This document shows positions 17,765 to 32,980 of a stretch of DNA of 64,000 nt, piece after piece. The notes below the pieces were generated by a model that saw only the letters and a list, made by a program, of their open reading frames with translations, did no database searches and was not told the origin of the DNA. Origin of the DNA: the human T2T-CHM13v2.0 reference genome, Homo sapiens. A program made the position numbers and the translations under genes. Position 1 is the first letter of the stretch. Each line of letters begins with the position of its first letter. Where the stretch lies: assembly GCF_009914755.1 (NCBI RefSeq), contig NC_060935.1; one strand, given 5' to 3'.

Positions 17765-20700
17765 CTGAAGTAGGGCTTCTAACGATTCCCAGAAGCACTG
17801 AATGACCCAATTGTGTCCTTTGATCTCTCAGAGCAGCTGGAGATTGTGGTAAGTTCTCTCTGGGATTCCAAAGCTCCACAAATTTGTGTTTTGAGCAATT
17901 TGGGGTTTCTTTGAGAAAATTTCTGATTCAAACTGGGTTTGGAAGTAGTAACAGAAACTACGCCAGGTCCAGGATAGGATTGGATCTGGTAATCAACTGG
18001 CTTGGATCCAGTCAGAGGCCTCTTGCATCTGACTGGGTTAGAAAGAAACTGGTAGCAAATGGCAGTGTTACAGGAGGTGTAAAATTTGGCTTTTGGAAAT
18101 TTGAAGGCAAATAAAAAACTTAAGCAACTAACTAAAAAAAAAAAAAAATTAAATCTGCCTTGGACTCTTTGCTGACATCTATGGGTGACAGGATTAGGCA
18201 TGTGCAGGATCATGGGACATGGGGAAACTTTTTCTTCCTAAACAGGGAAAGTTAAGAGCTGATGGGGCTGCTGGAAAAGATCCCTTCATGACCTACTAGC
18301 GGCTGCCTGAACTTCTGATTCAGTATTGCTGCAATGAGTGGATCTTTCTCTGGCCTCTCTGAGCTCCTCACCTTCCCCACCCCGCTGTGGGCAATGCTTT
18401 TCTCCCTCTCTCTCTCTCTTGCTCTCACTCAATGAAAACCAATTGTGGGAACAGTAAAAATCACTATCTATTGCAAAGTTTTAATTAATGAGAAAAATTT
18501 TGTCAGGCTAGTCTTTAGCTGTAGCAAACCTCGTGTCCTTTGTGCTTTGATTTTGTTTTGTGTGAATTTGTCTTTCTGCATCATTCTATCATAAAAAGGG
18601 ATACCATAGGATGGAAGATGGGTTTAGGACTCCATAATCTCACTGTTCAAATCAGCCCAGCAAACTGATCAATAACAAACTTTGCAGCAGGTCCCTGAAA
18701 CAAACAAAAAGTGGATGAGGTCTCTATCTTGTTTTATGTCCTTGAGAGCTTGACCTTATAACCACATGGTGGTACTTTCTCTTGATCTCTGCCATCTAGG
18801 GAACAGGAATTTTGGGGCTGATGTCATAATTAGCTCTAGAAATTATCTTGAGCAGTTAAAAGCCTTTGCGAGCTCAAAATTGGCTAGCCTCCTTCTGGGA
18901 AGAGCAATGGAAAGTGCCCAGTGCTGTAGCTTAGCAGCTAAGGCTTTGCCATTTTACAATGCAGCCCTGGTTTAATCCTGTCTTAGGAAATGAGTCCTTT
19001 CTGATTTGATATCTGTGTGACTTTTACCATTTGTTGATTCTCTTTGTCTCAATGAAAAATTTCTGGCATTCCCTCTTAAATTTTCCTTTCTCTGAGCACC
19101 TTTGGAGATTCTAGATCTTGTAGAAACTGCTAACCACTCCTTTGAAAATACCTCACACATTCATGGTTAAGTCATAACCTTTGTTGAGACTTGTGGGTTT
19201 CACCTGTGAAGTCACTTTTGGTAGGGTTTAAAAGCCAGAAATATTGGCCATTTGGCCTGGCTAAAGTAGGGTATTAAGAAATGTAAAAGGACTTTTATTT
19301 TTAAGAAAACTATGGTTAAAATCAGCTTAATTAAAGGCAGATATCCAAGCTATATATACATATACTTAAAAGGTCTTTATGTTTTTTCTCTTTTTGAATC
19401 TTATTTTCCTGGAAAAATAGCTTTTTTCTTCTCAGTTGACTTAATTATTTCTACATTTTGCCTTCTTGCTGTTCTTGATGCTCACATGAGAGAGCTTGAG
19501 ATAATTGCTAACAGTTTCCATTCTGGGAAAAAAAACCTCTGTTTTCCTCATGGAACCCTGGGAATTGAAAGCAGATAGAGGTCTCTCAAAATCTAAGGCT
19601 CAGTTTGATTTTACATTCTGTTACCTGACTTTTTTTTACTTTTGGGAGTATCAGGTATTACTTTGCATTATGAGAGAACATTGATGTGTAATAACTAAGT
19701 AGGAAATGTAATTTTAGGGATGTCTAATGGCAGTTATGGGAGAGATACTCAACTCTTTGCATGTTTGGATTAGAGAAGCATGCTCTTGGTCACCTAAAAG
19801 GTATAGAAATATCCCTACCCCCACTGAGAAATAAGACTCCCATGGGAGATGGGCTGATTCCCTCTTTTTTGGGATCCAGGATCTGGTATAAAAATGAGAC
19901 CCTTAATTTTGGAAATCTGTTTTTGCCTTCCAGCTGTGCCTGCTTATTAGGCCCTAGAAATTGCATATTTTCCTAGCCATGTTCCTCCATGGACTCCACC
20001 CTGAAGCCAGTAATCCAACTAAGAAACTTAAATGCTGACAAATGAAAAATGTTACAACTACTAGATCATCTTTCTCTGTATTTATTTGTGTTGTGTGGGT
20101 GATGTTTACACAAAAGAGCTCAAATTAATTGGCTTAAAGAAAAATAAGCACTTAAATCAAATATTTTGTCAGAAAAATTAAAACTAATGCCTTTTAGTTC
20201 ATGTGACTTTAGTAATCTTTGAGAAATAAAGACAGTTTTAAAGATTATTGGTACAATTAAAATGTCTTCAAAATTTAGACATTTGATCTAAAGTAGATCA
20301 GGTATTAGGTTTGCTAAATGCCTTAAGGTCATAAACTGCTTCTCTGACATTTGGAAATTGTTTAATTTACCTACCTTGGAGCTATTAGATTCTAGATAAG
20401 GCCTGGGGATGTGTGGAATTAGCCATGCCACCTAGCTATGCAAAGAAGGTTATAAACAAAAAGAGATTTTAGGTAAGAAAGGATCTTGTATGGTAAATTA
20501 TTGTCCTAAAGTAAAATGACTGTTTCTTTAAAAGGAGGGATGTTTAGGACAAGTCAGAAAGTCCAAGCATGTCATAGATGATCTGTATAAGTCATGAAAA
20601 GGAATTTATTCCAGAAATGTTGTACAATTCAAAGTTTATTAGGCCTCCTAAATACTTCATAAAATACCACTATGACTCTTAACTATACAAATTTCCTGCT

Positions 20701-22404
20701 TTACAGCCAAGTAAGGCCTGGGGACATGGGGTGTTAGCCATGCCCCCTAGCTATGCTGGAAAGAGTCAGCCTTTATCTGCACTTCTGACTGGTGTTTCAG
20801 GCTTCATACCCACTGCATAATTAAAATTGATTACTAACAAGGTTTTTTACCACAAGTAAAAGTTGCTAAGAGTTAACAATATAACATATATTTGAGACTA
20901 CTGAACAAATAATTCTATACACAATGGGTGTAAGGAAAGTAGAATATACTTTTGGTAAAAGATAAGAAGGTGTGGGAGTATGGATTTCTTGCCTAAGTTT
21001 AGAGGGTAAAAGATTGTTTAAAGTGAGATAGGAAAAACCTAAAGGTTTGAACAAGTTGTGAAAGGTTTATAAAAAATTAATTGTAAAAGAGATTCTGTGT
21101 GTGAACATATTGGATAAAGTTAAAGGGGTATTATTCAGTTTTTTTGTAAATTGAACATTGGAATAAAAGCACAACCAGCTTTTCTTAGAGCACTGAGCTG
21201 CTCTTTAACCAATTTGTAAACAGTCATAAAGTATTTATCAGAATCTCACCTTATGGTGAAACTAATTAAGATTAAATAGATTTGTTTATAAACTTTTATT
21301 AAAACTGACATTAATAGTACACTAATGCAAGGGTGAAATTTGGCTTTCTCTCTCAAAGTTTCATGTAATATTAATAAAAGAATAATGAAAGATTTTTGTT
21401 TGCCTTTTGAGTAAACTACAGGAAAAAGATGGAAAAAACAAGAAACAGATTGTTTTGAAAGCTAAGCCTTCCTTCTATCAATGAGTAATGGTTGTTGCCT
21501 TTTTAAAATTTTTGAGTTATCATTTTGGTAGCTCAAAAATGAATGACTTATGGTGATCTGGAATTCTATTTCATAATATCAAACATTGTAAACCTTTAAA
21601 ATATTTGATAAGTGTCCCAAAATCAATTTTCTGCTTCAAAATTAAGTTTTTTTAATCTCTAACTTTGTGATGTTACAGAGGACACCTGAAGAATCCAAAA
21701 GAAAGGTAAAAAGAATTACTTGACATGTTAAGTTACATGGGAAGCATTGTCAAAATAAAAAATAATGTTTAACTTCCTTTGGGTTATATTTTAGTGAATG
21801 ATATTAATATATGTTCCAAAATGGTATGGTATTTCTAAAATTCTAATGTGTCTGAATATATGCTATTAATCATAATTATGGTTATTAAGTGTAGTTATTG
21901 AAGACCAAGAAATAACCTAATTTCTTTGTCAATTGTGTCTTTCACTATGGCTATTTAAAGTCATTACCATAGTTAATTGCTTGATGCTGATGCAGTTTTT
22001 GAAAACTTCACCAGCGTGCAAAATCCTAGAATATGGTGTCTTTTAGGAGATTCATGAAAAGATGGAAAGGACCCTGAAAAGCACTATCGAATACAGATTT
22101 CTGGCTGCTAACCCAAGTAGAACAAAAATTAATTGAATACCAAGAAAATACTTTGCCAGATTTTCATGCTAAATCAGCCAGTACTGAAATTGTTTAGACA
22201 TACAATTTGAACAAACTCCATGATCTATGTCAAATTACCTACAATAACCCATCAGTTATCAGTGCTATGCACCTAAATTTGAGAAACAATTTGTATTCAA
22301 GAGGACATAAATTCAATGATAAGCTTGGACTTATGGAGAACAAGGATGTCACCTTGTCCTTCCTGAGTCCTTAAAGCTTTTGTTATTAAGAGTTCTGCAT
22401 TCCA

Positions 22405-24890
<2,486 letters not shown>

Positions 24891-25239
24891 AAGAGTTCTG
24901 CATGCCATGACTCATCCTGAAAAAGATAAAATAACCCAAATTAAATACATATTGGTGTGGTGACTTTTAAATTGCTAAAATAGTTTATGACCAATGTTTG
25001 GTTTGTCAAACCCATATTCCTGGGAAGATAATCAAAGCTTCAGGTACATTTGGCTACCTAATGGGCCATTTAAACATGTATAGAGAGACTTCATTTGATT
25101 ATCATTTTCAATGCATGTTTTCCAGTTGTATAAAAGCTTTCCCATGCAAGAGGTCTGATGTTATAACAGTATATTATGATGTCACAGTATATTCTCACCA
25201 GGTAAAGAAAGATTTTTATGGTTCACTGACTGGGGACAA

Positions 25240-25430
25240 TCAACCCCTTCACAATCTAGAACCTGAAGATTGGATCTTCTGAAAACATCAGAAAAAGACT
25301 GCCCTTGCCATCCATATTGCAGCAAACTTTGAAACCTTGAACTTTGGGTTAATAATCTTACAACTGAGAAAGGCCCCTCCACACTCTTAGAACCTCACAT
25401 GCATTGGAACCCTTAAGGTAAAGCTAACTG
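25240..25430 (+). pseudogene. Relic of the ERV integrase C-terminus
   Basis: HNLEPEDWIF*KHQKKTAL resembles gammaretroviral L.PGDWV.WK..; the GPY segment appears deleted. Confidence 0.5.
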
Positions 25431-25777
25431 GGAAGCTTCTCCTCAGAAGAAGATGGCATCCTTGATGTGAACAGCTTCTCCTGAGATCATGGATCAAGAC
25501 ATCTGTACTATAATGATGCTTATTTTTGAATATTTTCCCTTGCTTATGCCTCCATGAACAATAGAAGTGAAAAGGGGGTCTGTTGTGTGCACTCATGGGG
25601 TATATTTTTATTTGTGAAGGATTTTGCAGCCAGTCTTTTACATGGATAACCTTACACAGATAAAAGATAAAGGCCCCAATGTAGGTGAGAAATTTTAATG
25701 GTACATACATTGCCCCATAATCAGAAAGGGAACAGTGGTTCACTCCTCCTAACCTACATCATGGCTTAAAGAGAACA

Positions 25778-26260
25778 TTGCCAGGAGGCCTTCACTCTTC
25801 TAGAAGGGCATCAATTGTTAAGTCCTCTTTCCCATGGTTTGGAGTGATAAAGGAAATGATTAGAAATGTGTCTCTCATGATAGGCTCTATAAAAGATTCT
25901 ACTGTAAAGGCTATCATTACACAACAGACTTTACATTCTCTTGTGAAAGTTATGCTAAATAATAGAATTGCTCTAGATTACTTACTGGCTAAACAGAAAT
26001 ATCTGTGCAGCCACTGCCATTTGTGGCCTATGGTGAAATACATCAAATGTAGATTATAGAGATTCAGTTGTAGGGGGTTAATGAAGAGACTGCTTACTTA
26101 AGTGAGTGAACTCTAGCTAGTTCTTTGATCTATTTGATTTCAGGTAGTTTGGTTTATGGGGACTCTGAGTAAGAAGCATAATCCAAAATCTTGGTATTAT
26201 CCTCCTGATAGTCATAATAGCAGTCTTCTTGGTGGGCTATGTTCTCTCAAAAGTTTTAAA
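25778..26260 (+). pseudogene. ERV env transmembrane-subunit relic
   Basis: Immunosuppressive-domain peptide SLVKVMLNNRIALDYLLAKQ (LNNR.. at 25955-25996), then hydrophobic anchor LGIILLIVIIAVFLVGYVL near 26190-26250. Confidence 0.8.
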
Positions 26261-26820
26261 GGTTTGCATGCAGCCGTCTCTGGAATGTCTCTTCAACTGG
26301 AATGATAAGAGCTGACAGAAATGTGTGACCATGAGGACACTGTAACCTATGAATGACATGCTGAGACCAGAAACCAAAAACGACGGTAACTGAGAGTGGA
26401 GCTAAGGCCCTAAGTTTTGTCACACTCTCACCTACATGAGAACCTGACCAAAAAAGGGGAATTTTTAAACAAAATTATGGGAGGCCATTGTTTTGGACTG
26501 AGCTCATGCAGTAGGCCCCAAGAAACCAGACCAAACCAAAATGGAGTCACTCATGCTAAATGTGACATAATCAAACTAAGACTTTAAGGAAACACCTAGA
26601 TCCTACAACAGACAAGGGGTTTTTTCATGTAAACAGGACATTCCAGCATAAGGAGGAACCTTCTACTGAATCCTTGTTCCTACTTTATAAAACCCACTCT
26701 TTTACTGTTTCCCAGTGGGTTTCAATACCAAATAAGTATCTTTACAATGGTGGTAGTGACATCAACAACTAAAGTTTCAGTTAATCTCTCAAAATTGAGA
26801 GGATAACCAAAGGGGGGAAT

Positions 26821-27219
26821 TGTTAAATCAATTTTAGCATAAAGCTGCCTCCTTACAGATTTTAGGTTCATCCTAAAGGTTTTTCTGTAAATTGTGAACT
26901 ATAAAGAGTGGAGGTGTAAATAGACCGTAGCCTACACTTGTGCTGATCACCGAGTTTTGGCCAATCAAGTATAGCCAACTGTTCGAACCGTGTTCAAATA
27001 AGGCAAACGCTGATATGTAACCAATCCAGTTGTTTCTGTATTTCACTTTTGTTTTCTGTAGGTCACTTTCCTTTCTCTGTTCATAAATCTTCTTCCACCA
27101 CGTAACTGTGCTGAAGTCTCTGAGCCTACTCTGGTTCAAGAAGCAGCTCAATTCATGAATTTTTCATTGCTCAATTAAACTGCTTTAAATTTAATTTGGC
27201 TGAAGTTTTTGTTTTATCG
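26821..27219 (+). repeat. 3' LTR (MER57-like) preceded by a polypurine tract
   Basis: AAAGGGGGGAAT (26809-26820) then TGTTAAATCA..; followed by the GGAG TSD. Confidence 0.9.
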
Positions 27220-28822
27220 GGAGTCAAAGAGGAAGAAGTGAGTAAAGTGTGCAGGAAAGTTTGGAAAGATAAATAATATTCAGCCACCCCCACTTGCCAA
27301 GCATGAACAGTTTCACCTCCTTCCTCCCTGCCTTACTAGCTCTTTATCTTCTCTCTCCAGATTGAATAAGAAGAGAAGAAATCCTTATTTTTCAGCCCAA
27401 GACACTAAGCGGGATTAAGCCTATGTCATTTGCTCTTCAAAGTCTGGGTTTTCTTTCAGAAACACACTGGACATTATATGGGAATAACACTTAGAGACTG
27501 GGCTGTGGAGAAGACCAAAGAGTCTGCTACAATATATTAGCAAATAAATTCTCTTACTTCTAACATAAATTTAGTCTTTGTTTTATTCCCATCCAACCTT
27601 CCTGTTAGAAATTTTACTTAGCTGTATATAATGAGATAATATGTTTGAAATATCATCTAGTTTTTTACCTAGTATTCTTTTCCCCATATCTCTAATCATT
27701 TCTTTCTCCCAGGCAGGTAGGTTGTTAGGTTCTCAAGCCTCAGAAAAAAAATGTGACAGCAAAAGAAAGTTGAATTAGAAGTGATAAGACCAAAATCATG
27801 AGTGAGTCTTCAGAATGGCTTACAGACAAAGCCTGAGATACATCACAACCTTCACCCAGGTTTGGAGACACCAAAAGCAGAGAGCCTATAACTATGTTTT
27901 GTTCAAGGTCTTGGATGGCAGGCAGAAACTTAAGAAAATAGGGTTGTGGGGGCTTCCAAGTAGACATTTGAGTGCTGCAGCTTCCCGTGCAATATTCAGG
28001 ATGGGAGAAACGGAACAATCTCCATCTAACCAAGGGTAGCTTATCAGGTCATCGGACCTAATCGATCTTGAGGATAGGAATAAACAGAAATCAGCAACAA
28101 CTCGTTTGTGATTTAACAGCTGGGATCTGATGAAACAATAGATATTTTCAGAGTTGCTAGTACAGTAAGATCAAGGATCAGATGCCCCCAGTACTCTGAC
28201 ATCATTCAAGTTCTATAGAACTTAGACATAAACCTGGAGGTTGGGGAAGAAAAGGAACTTGAATTGATTTTTTTCCCTCAGTGGAGAAAAAAGGAGAGCA
28301 TAAAGTAAAAATAGTTATGGGATGATGATGAAAATTGCATTTCTTGAATACCAGAATTTGTAGGTTGTCTAAATCCCTTGACTGTTTATATAAGTATTGT
28401 CATCTTCCAGGTGCATTATAATAGACCAACTGACTATACCTCAATTTATTTAACCATTTTCTTCTATTTTTGTTTTAAGCCACAGTGTTTTGTAGTAATT
28501 CCTTGTACAGTAATAGGCAATTAACATCCCAAGAATTTCGACAACTTATTCAAAATGAGTCTTATTTTTGTGATTCTTGGTATATATTACAAAATTAATT
28601 TTAGACACAGGAATCTTTTATTTTAATGGCAGAAAAAAAGAACTTAAACTGGATGAAGCATTAAAGTGAATCTTTTAGTTCATAAAACAGAGGTATTCAG
28701 AGAAAATTTGATCACTGGCTCAAACACTATTACTAAATATCCAATTTCCTTTATTCTGTTTAGTATGCCTTATGCAGGAATTGTGCCATCCTGTGGCAAA
28801 TTTTCCTAGTAGTAGCATAATT

Positions 28823-29353
28823 ATTTTCTTTTATTATTATTATTATTATTATTATACTTTAAGTTTCAGGGTACATGCGCACAATGTGCAAGTTAGTTAC
28901 ATATGTATACACGTGCCATGCTGGTGTGCTGCACCCATTAACTCATCATTTAGCATTAGGTATATCTCCTAATGCTATCCCTCCCCCTTACCCCCACCCC
29001 ACAACAGTCCCCAGAGTGTGATGTTCCCCTTCCTGTGTCCATGTGTTCTCATTGTTCAGTTCCCACCTATGAGTGAGAATATGTGGTGTTTGGTTTTTTG
29101 TTCTTGCGATAGTTTACTGAGAATGATGATTTCCAATTTCATCCATGTCCCTACAAAGGACATGAACTCATCATTTTTTATGGCTGCATAGTATTCCATG
29201 GTGTATATGTGCCACATTTTCTTAATCCAGTCTATCATTGTTGGACATTTGGATTGGTTCCAAGTCTTTGCTATTGTGAATAGTGCTGCAATAAACATAT
29301 GTGTGCATGTATCTTTATAGCAGCATGATTTATAGAAAACCCCATTGTCTCAG
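28823..29353 (-). mobile_element. Short L1PA3-like insertion with a tiny 5' inversion
   Basis: (TTA)n tail, L1 3' end, then 21 nt of opposite-strand ORF2; TSD AGTAGTAGCATAATT at 28808-28822 and 29352-29366. Confidence 0.9.
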
Positions 29354-31960
29354 TAGTAGCATAATTCTTGTACAAGTTCCAGATCTCATGGTCTCACCTC
29401 AAATCATCCTAAAGAAGAGATCATCTCTTCTGATAGATACCACAGATGAAAGGTTTCTTCCCAGATGCCTAGAAAGCATCTCCTTGCGTTTTTCTGTCTT
29501 TGATTGGGCTATATTGCCCACTTCTACTCCAAGCTATTTGTTACAGCTTTTGGATGATATTTGCTGATTGCTGATTGGCTTAAACCAATCAGGATTTATC
29601 TCTGAACCCAGAGTTCGAACCAAACTTACTCAATGACAGCTGAGAACAGAAAAGGACATCTCTCCCCACTGTAAAAAAAAAAAAAATTCAAGATACTCCT
29701 CTGAGAAAGACTGATTATTGATGCTAGGTGACATATAAATAAATAAATAAATAATCACTGACTTTTGAAACTTAACTCTCAATGTAATAAATGTAAATTA
29801 CACATAGTTTTAAAAGTCAAGTTAATTTTAATACTTAATATGGAAAACAGTTCTGGTTCTATCCTCATTCTTGCTCCTGATGTAGCACTCTGTTCTTGTT
29901 TGAAGGACATAATATCTTCTTTAATCTGAGCGTATTAATTTTTGAATTTTTTTCCTATTCTTATAGCTCTTGAATTGTCGTTTGTCATTGGGTTCCTTTT
30001 CCTAAAACAAACATTGGGTTTGTTTTAGGGCTCTGTCTGGTAGTCCTTGAGTATGCTTTCAAATTGCAGAATGAGCATTTAAAAAACAAGTTCTGAAGCT
30101 TGGTGTTCATGGTCAGAGATAGTCTTCTGGCAGACTTTCTGCTAGGTTATCTGGCAGCAACTTCACAATTGCTGAGATAGACCCCTCTGTAAGCATCAGT
30201 AGTTACGTTCCCTTGGGCAGGATTTTCTCTACATAGAAATTCAGTCTTTTGCCTAGAAGATATCAACCCAGTTAGGAGTGTTCCAAGCATTGAATGCGTG
30301 AATGGAGTAAGTGCATGGTGGACAGAGAAGCTCAAACTGGGGAAATCTCCCTTTTCGCGATGTAGACACTATTGTAATGCCTCTTTTTTTTAGCATTCCT
30401 CCTTAGCTATGTCTGATAGCTCTGAGCCCACAGTCTCTGGTTCAGTTCTCCAGAGAATAAACTTCCAGTCTTCTGACAGAGCTGGGGAGGGATGGTTGGG
30501 GGAAGGTTGCTGTATGCAAGAAGAAGGGAGGGGATGGTCCAGGAATCCAGTTGTTTCTCAATAGATTTTCAACCAAACTGCCAGTTCTAAGCCTCACACA
30601 CCCTGTACAGGTTCCTAGTGGTTTTCATTTCTGATCCTTTCTGAGATTGTGCAATCAAATGGCTTCTTCCCTATTCTTCCACCCTAGCTCGTCCAAAACC
30701 CAAAGCTTTCTGATTTATTTATTCTGAGTTGGTTGCCTCTCATACATCTGCTTTCTACCTTCCGACTCTTGTCACCACTTCTCTTATTCTCTACATCCTG
30801 GTGGTTTTGTAATTTTAAAAAAAACTTTTATTGTCATTTGTGGTGGGCTCCAGGAAGGAGTAAAGACAAAAGTATGGCTTTAGCCTAAATGTTTAACCAA
30901 ATATCGCTACAACTATATTTTCAAAATGTTTAAATCATTTTATATTTTTCCTAGAAATAAGTGACTATATACTATCACTCACTGTATTTTCCCCCATATT
31001 CAGATAATGCAATTTTTAAATTATTTTAATATTTGTTTTGGGCTGATATTTTATTAGGTAGAAGAATTACTTCAATTTTCCTTTGTTACCTTTGGAACAG
31101 AACTTTTTGTTCATATGTTTATATTTTTAAGCAGATTCATTTAATTCTAATTTCTATTTCCTCTGCTTATTAAAATGTAATTAGCTTACACTGTTATTAT
31201 ACCAATTTCTGTAGCCTAATGATTGCTCATAAAAACATGTTTTAATATTCCTAAGGCCTTATTCCTGAGTAATAAACATATATACATATATGTGTGTAGA
31301 TTAAAGATATGAGGAAAACACATTTTGCTTTCATTCTAAAAGTATAATTAAATCATAGTTTTAAAAATTAAATTGCAATCTGTCAAATTTGACTGAAAAA
31401 CTGAGAAATTCTGTATCCTCAACATAGAATCCAAAATAAGTAACTTTATTAACATACATTAATTGATCTAAAAAACAAGGCCAATCAATACACAATTTTG
31501 ATCTGCTCTATAAAAAGCTAATTCAAAAACAAAAAAGAATATATGTTGTTACAATATAATATAGCATAAAAATTAGATAGTCTTGATAACCATATTTCCC
31601 CCAGAAGAAGTCTACTGAGAACTTACCTGTCACATAGATTATTTGTTTTATTTTTTAATCAAGCACTTTTAGGAACTTTGCTGAATGTAAGTGATAGGAT
31701 AATTTTGACTCAGTAGGAGCCCAAATACTAAGATTTGCTCTAAAATACTAATGTTTATTCATTCATTCAACAAATCTTGATCAAATGCATACCTAATGTG
31801 CCAGGCACTGTTCAGATGCTGGGACCTCAACAGTCCTATTATCAATGACAGAAGCCAAGGTGACTGAGAGTGTACAGCGTATGGTACATCTTCCCTTCCT
31901 CTTTAGAACCCAGCAAAGACAGGTAGTTAATAATGTCAGAGAAAAATTTGCTGAAGTGAA

Positions 31961-32321
31961 TGACATGGTTTGGCTGTGTACCCATCCAAATCTAATCTTA
32001 AATTGTAGCTCCCATAGTTATCTCATTCTGTGGCAGGGACCTGGTGGGAGATAATTGAATCATGGGAGCAGTTTCCCCCATACTGTTCTCATGGTAGTGA
32101 ATAAGTGTCACAAGATCTGGTGGCTTTATAAGGGGCTTCCCCTTTTGCTTGGCTCTCATTCTTCTCTTGTCTGCTGCCATGTAAGACATGATTTTCACCT
32201 TCCACCAGGGTTGTGAGACTTCCCCCAGCCAAGTGGAACTGAGTGCATTAAACCTCTTTCTTCTGTAGATTGCCTAGTCTTGGGTATGTCTTTATCAGCA
32301 GCGTGAAAACAGACTAATACA
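31961..32321 (+). mobile_element. THE1 (MaLR) solo LTR
   Basis: TGACATGGTTTGGCTGTGT ... AAACAGACTAATACA. Confidence 0.9.
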
Positions 32322-32459
32322 GTGGGACTCCTCCCCATCCCACTCCCACTAAGAACTCCTACAAGACAAAAGCTACCTTTCGAGGATAGAGAAAAGGTAC
32401 CATCAAACTCAGCTTTAGGGACGCATGCCAAATACAAAAAAGAAGGGGGAAAAAAAGGA

Positions 32460-32980
32460 TAAAAATGATTGTTTTAATTAGCTTGACTTTATCATTCCAC
32501 ATTGTAAATACATATCAAAACATCACATTGTACCCCATAAATACATATAATTATGATGTCAATTAAAATAATTTTTTTAAGTGTAATGGTGAGTTACAGC
32601 TCATTGTAATTGTAAAATAAAAGTAAATCAACATCAGCCATAAAAAGGAACAAAATCATGTCTTTTGCAAGGACATGGATGGAGTTGGAAGCCATTATCC
32701 TCAGCAAACTAATGCAGGAACAGAAAACCAAACACTGCATATTCTCACTTACAAATGGGAGCTGAATGATGAGAAGACATGAACACATGGAGGGAAACAA
32801 CACACACTGGGGCCTGTTGGGGTGGGGAGGGAGAGCATCAGGAAGAATAACTAATGGCTGCTGGGCTTAATACCTAGAGGATGGGATGATCGGTGCAGCA
32901 AGCCACCATGGCACATGTTTACCTACATAACAAACCTGCACATGTATCCTGGAACTTAAAATAAAAACTGAAACAAAAAA
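32460..32980 (+). mobile_element. Two old L1 3'-end fragments (L1MA-like 32460-32580; L1PA13/L1PB-like 32630-32980)
   Basis: ATATCAAAACATCACATTGTACCCC; GGAACTTAAAATAAAAA. Confidence 0.8.

Noticed and set aside
17747-17770. tRNA-Leu-like sequence
   Set aside because: Only the 18-nt retroviral primer binding site, not a tRNA gene
29572-29591. Inverted repeat CTGATTGG-CTTAAA-CCAATCAG
   Set aside because: Probably part of a decayed MLT1-type LTR; too short to support a structured RNA
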